The notes beneath the pieces were generated by a model. That model saw only the letters and a list, made by a program, of their open reading frames with translations, made no database searches and was not told the DNA's origin. Positions 57,837 to 64,000 of a stretch of 64,000 nt of DNA are shown one piece after another (position 1 is the first letter of the stretch; each line of letters opens with the position of its first letter). Both the position numbers and the translations under genes were made by a program. Origin of the DNA: the human T2T-CHM13v2.0 reference genome, Homo sapiens; assembly GCF_009914755.1 (NCBI RefSeq), contig NC_060941.1. One strand, written 5' to 3'.

Positions 57837-58148
57837 GGCCAGGTGCAGTGGCTCACGCCTGTAATCCCAGTACTTTGGGAGGCTGAGGTGGGAGGATCTC
57901 TTGGGCCCAGGAGTTTGAGACCAGCCTAGGCTCCATAGGGAGACCTCATCTCTACAAAAAAAATAAGAATAAAATTACCTAGGTGTGATGGCACACACCT
58001 GTGGTCCCAGGTACTCAGGAGGCTAAGGTGGGAGGATCACTTGAGTTCAGGAGGTAGAGGTTACAGTGAGCCATGATTGTGCCACTGCACTCCAGCCTGG
58101 GTGAGAGAACAAGACCCAGTCTGAAAAGAAAAAAAAAAAAAAAAAAAA
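57837..58148 (+). mobile_element. AluJ
   Basis: gggaggatc...gcccaggagtttgag J-type. Confidence 0.93.
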
Positions 58149-60711
58149 GCTGTCACCTTCCCAAATTCCAAACTTTTCTCTTTCACGGTCACATATCCTA
58201 TTATTTTACAAGCAATCTTTGATTAATACTATAGATGTCCTAAAGAGTCAAAGTGAATATGAGATGGGCTCCAGTTCCAGGGCAAGAGGTTTCTGGGGCC
58301 CAGATTGGGGCAGGAGAGCTCACCCTCTTGAAACAAAGCTAACAAGAACACTCTGGATGGGGCACGCTAGTCGCTTAGAGCCTTCCCACTGGGGATCCCT
58401 CCTTTCCTGGGCACACTGTGTATGGGCCCACTGGGGGCCTGGCTCAGGCAGGTCCCGGGCAAATGCACATTGCCCCTGCCACCACAGTGCTTCTAACAAG
58501 AGCCATGCCCGGCACCATTACTGGCGCTAGGCACTTGCTATCCACTTTGTATACATTATATACGTTACACATTGAGCAGCTCAATACACGTTTACTCAAC
58601 AAATGAAACAGAAGGTCCTCACTCCTGACGTGGTTGGGAAAGCAGAAATAACACTGATATCCTCTGTGTCCTGCATCTCTGTTGTGGCTTTTGATTTAAC
58701 ACATGTTGCCTGAGCACCTGCCAGGCACTGTTCTAGGCACTGGGGCTGCAACAATGAACCAAACAGACAAAAAGCTCTGCCCTCACCAAACTGACGTCCT
58801 AGTGTGTGTTTGTTGGGGGCGCTGGAGGGGGGCTTCAGTGTGTGAAGACAGACAAAAACCCAGATCAGTAACTAATGTAGTGGACTAGAAGGCGGTAAGT
58901 GCTAGAAAGAAAATCCAGCTCCTCTTCCCCTATTGCTTATCATACGGGGTGGCTGAAAGGCACACACCCCCTTTCCCTCGAGTCCTAGGGATACCAGGGA
59001 GGGAGTGCTGATATGGTCCATAAACCAGACATCCTAGAGTGGGATTTGGAAACATTGCGGGTAAGACTAGGGTGCCTTCCTACACGCCATCAGGAAACTG
59101 CCATCCTTAAACGTTAATAAGATGTAGGCTTAGAAATAACACATTACAAAAGTTGGTTGGAATGAAGGGTGACGTAATGACAACTGGAAACACAGAGGGG
59201 TGTTATTATGGAGTGGAGAAAAAGGAGATTGGAGAGGAAGAAGTTGGCAGTGGGTGCCAGCACTTTCCAGAACAGGGGTGCCCCAGCCAGCGCACCGGAG
59301 CCTGCTTGGTCTGTGAGGACATGGGGTCCTTTCTGAAGTGAGAAGCAGTGAGCCACCTCCTGGACAGCAGCTCTTCCTCAGATGGCCCTTCTGGACTATT
59401 CTATGCCCAGATGAGAAGTGTGCTTCTGAAACTGATGACGCTTGCCTGTATTAGCGGCCGTTTTACTTCAGCGCCGTGCTGGCTGAGAGCTGCAAAGTGT
59501 TGGCCACCAGCTGGTGGCTGAAATCAAGAGGAAGCCAGGTCACGGTGGTGGAAGTAGGATGAAATAGTAGACACACGATGTCACCAAGAGTGTAGAAGAA
59601 TTCAGGTAAATGCATTTCCAGTAAGGTGGGATCACTAGTGCCGCTTCTGGTGCTCTGGGTGGAGAGCCACTCTGTCATCCTGGAGGCTACTTTGGCCCCC
59701 AACTCATCTCCACATTCCTCTGGCCTCCAAGGTGACATGGACTATATATAACCAAGGGCCACGGTGGGGAGGGCAGAAGAAATATGACTGTTTAAGGGCA
59801 GTGGGAGAAAAGAAAAATAAGGGGCTGATGAGAGAGCGGCCAGACGTGGGCCTTTTGCTTTCAGCCAAGTCTTTTCCCAAGTAACCACAACATTTGTCAT
59901 AGTTATTCAGTGTGGCTCTGAAGCCTGTCCCCTTTGTCGGGGCAGAAAAAATGGGCTCTCCTGTGTTCAAAAGGTCATCTCTACTTTCAAGTGGTCAACA
60001 TTCCGCAGTCTGAAGCTCCCTGGCCCACTAGCTTCCAGTACTGTGTGTCACTTCCCACGTATGCGGCAAAATGACAGAGTGTGTGAAAGGGTGAACGCGT
60101 GTGTGAGTTCAGGGTTTCCCTCTTTGGAAGCTGTATGGCATAAGAGCTGAAACACCATGGGCTGCGAGGGCAGACTGCACGTGTTCAGACCATGGCACTG
60201 TCATTTGAGTAAGGGACCCAATCCTCTATGCCGAAAAGTGGGAGAATAATAACCCTCCACTCTCAGAGCCATCATGGAGACAAAAAGAGAGAAAATGCTG
60301 AGTGCCAAGCATACTACCCGGCTTATGGTACCTTCTCAACTGAGATTAGCTACTAGTCTCACCTGCTGGAAATTGTTCTTGCTACCAACGTGGCATTCCT
60401 GATCTCCAATCTTTGGATAGAAAGCGCTATGACCCTTCCCCATGTGTGATGGCCTTCAGTGCTCAATGCTGCCCATATCCCCCGTGTTGTGTGACACCAC
60501 AGCACGAGTGAGACCTCTGAGCTGAACGCAGCAGCCTCCTGCCATCGGGCGCAACTACTCTCAGTACAACCAAACATGGCTGCCAGGCTTTTCTTGAAAA
60601 CCTTCTCTAGCTCACTCTACAGACTCTATCATGAAAACAGACTTTGAGATTTATGCACTCAAAAAATCCTCCAACAGCCTGTATACCTATATGTATAAAA
60701 ATGCTTAAATT

Positions 60712-61036
<325 letters not shown>

Positions 61037-61909
61037 TCAATGAAAGGCCATTCAGATTTGTTCTCACGGAAGGGATATGCATCTTCTACCCAGACCCTCC
61101 CATATGCTCTCCTCTCTAGGCCTTGGAACCCTAATTTAAGGATATTGCTGCAGTGAGATGCTTAATGGCAGAACTAGGGCGCAACCAACTCAGCACACTG
61201 GTCAACTGCTAACCTTTCACTAGGAGCAACACGAGAGCCTCAGAGTTGTGAGCCCTGTGGGCACCATGAAGATTGGTGGAGTAAGAACAAAAAAAAAAAA
61301 AAAGAGAGAGAGAGAGACTTCAAAGTTGCTCTACACTGGATCGTGGAAAAGGAGCCTCTTACCAAAAGTGGCAGCGGGGCTTAGAGTTTGATCTAGGAAA
61401 TACACAAGAGCAAAGGGGCAGTCAGGCTGCAGAGCTCTGACCCCGAGCACATGGTATGCAAACAGGAGTATTCACACTCTGCAGTGCAAGAGCCTGTCCT
61501 TCATCTTGGGGGATGAGGCCGCAGTGATGTCCCCCCGATTCAGTACTATCCCCAAACAATTCACCACCCTAAAGACGTCCTCCTGTGAACAGCAGATTAT
61601 CTGAGGATCCCTAAAAGTGGTCCTTCACATAGGGAGGCTGCCATTTTCGGAGTTGGCTGTTAGTGTGGCAGCAAACAGCTGGCATTCCTAAGTAAAAACT
61701 CAGAGCCAGAACTGGTGCTCTTCAACCCCGACTCAGCTCTGAGACACAGACCTGCAGGCAATGTGGGCAGATTCAACAATGTCACTACTGAGCCTACTGA
61801 AAACAAGTGGACAAGATCCCAAGCCATCAATTCTAGAACATGGTTGGCGTAAAAGCTGTTGTGCATGGATTCTATCAGCAAGAAGGATCAGTAGAAGTAT
61901 TTGAGGCCA

Positions 61910-62276
<367 letters not shown>

Positions 62277-63203
62277 TCACTTCTGAGGATAAGGTGATTG
62301 GGGTACACGTCCTTCTCCTCTCCCTTTCCCTTAAGACGCTCCAGCGTAAGGGCTTAAACAGACCCTCAAGACACCGTCCTGGAAAGAGGCAGATTGATGG
62401 CCACAGCTGAGTGTCAGAGGTTACATATTAGCATGTTCAAGCCTATACCAGGGACGTGTGTATCACATGCCATGCAAAGAACACAAAATATCTGCCCTTC
62501 CAATGTCTGCTGCTAGTGCAAATAATAAAAGGTGTTTGAGGATAATATTAAAATGATGTCATCACCTTCTGCTTATCCACTCTTCTGGAAAAAAGTAAGA
62601 TAGACAACCCAAAAGGTCAGATTTGGCTTTGCAATATTGGCTGGCTTATATTAAACATGGTCTGTCAGAGATTTCAGAAGTCATTTCAAAGCAACATTAA
62701 AAAGTTGAATTATGACACATTCCTAACGAAATGATCCAGTTTTCCCACCTTGGCCTCCCACTCCGAGCATGCCACACTCTCTCACACCTCTGTGCCTTGG
62801 CAGGGATCGTTCACACTGCTTTGGGGCCCTCTGCCAGCTTCTCTGCACCCAGCACACCAGCACTAGCTTTAGGCCTCAGCTTGAAAACACCCGCTCCTCA
62901 GGGACACCTCCTCCCCCATGCCCAGGGTAATCCTAGGATTGCTTTTCTATGCTGCTTCTGTATACTAAACACATGCGGTACAGAAATTAACATGTTATTT
63001 GGTTAAACTAACAATTAATTGGATTCATGATTTACCTTCCCCGATGGCCCATAAATTCTTTGGGGTTAAATAACAGGCCGTGTGTTTCCAATGTCTGTGT
63101 CTCCTCTCGTGCCTAGCACAGAGCTCACATAATACATATGCAACATATATTTATGTTTTTGTTGATTGGATAGCAGCTCATAGCTTAGACTCAAATATCT
63201 TAA

Positions 63204-63556
<353 letters not shown>

Positions 63557-64000
63557 CTCAAAGGACTTTCTTACTTGATGGTAGTTAACATGGGAATATT
63601 CCAGCAGCTAGAACAGTACTTGGCACATAGTAAGTGCTCAGTAAATATGTGTTAAAGAAATGAATGAATGAGTGAAGAAATGAACGAATGAAAGCATACA
63701 AATTATCAATAGAATAGGTAATCAAGGAGTAGTGGTTTTAAAGAACTGTAAAGCATTCCAGTAAAGTAAGTCCAGTTGGTATTGCTAAATTCAAAATCAA
63801 TATATTCTCCATTAGTGATATGAATTTAAAATTCTAGGAGAATATGTTCTGTATTTACTTTGCAATTAAATGAACAGAGTTGCATTGTAGTGAAATGATG
63901 GGATTTTACCAGATGCTCATGGGTTCCTATCACAGATGATTTTAGACTCACAATTTCAGACAACTGGGCCCATTTTGTATTGAATCAAATCGCCTCAGTT

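Overview
Primate (most likely human) genomic DNA containing the 3' ends of two convergent genes. On the + strand are the last two coding exons of netrin-1 (NTN1): a 75-bp exon at 14161-14235 and the terminal exon from 32650, with its stop at 32976-32978, a 3' CpG island, a ~4-kb 3'UTR and a poly(A) signal at 36976-36985. On the - strand is the terminal exon of syntaxin-8 (STX8; CDS 43643-43576, encoding the transmembrane anchor; poly(A) signal 43486-43491). From recall, this tail-to-tail pair lies on human 17p13.1. The rest is intronic or intergenic: about 25 Alu elements or clusters (many with clear TSDs), L1/L2/MIR relics, three MaLR solo LTRs, hAT/mariner MITEs and simple repeats. Nearly all ORFs in the supplied track are artefacts of Alu, low-complexity or GC-rich sequence. 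I found no convincing new gene or multi-gene system. The best unexplained structures are a near-perfect 76-bp direct repeat bracketing a 1.4-kb segment with inverted HOX-type motifs, facing CA-rich and UG-rich tracts in the last NTN1 intron, a 16-bp G-rich minisatellite, a bidirectional poly(A) motif between the genes, and a nested Alu with a duplicated left arm. Repeat subfamily calls are by eye, without RepeatMasker, and repeat boundaries are approximate.
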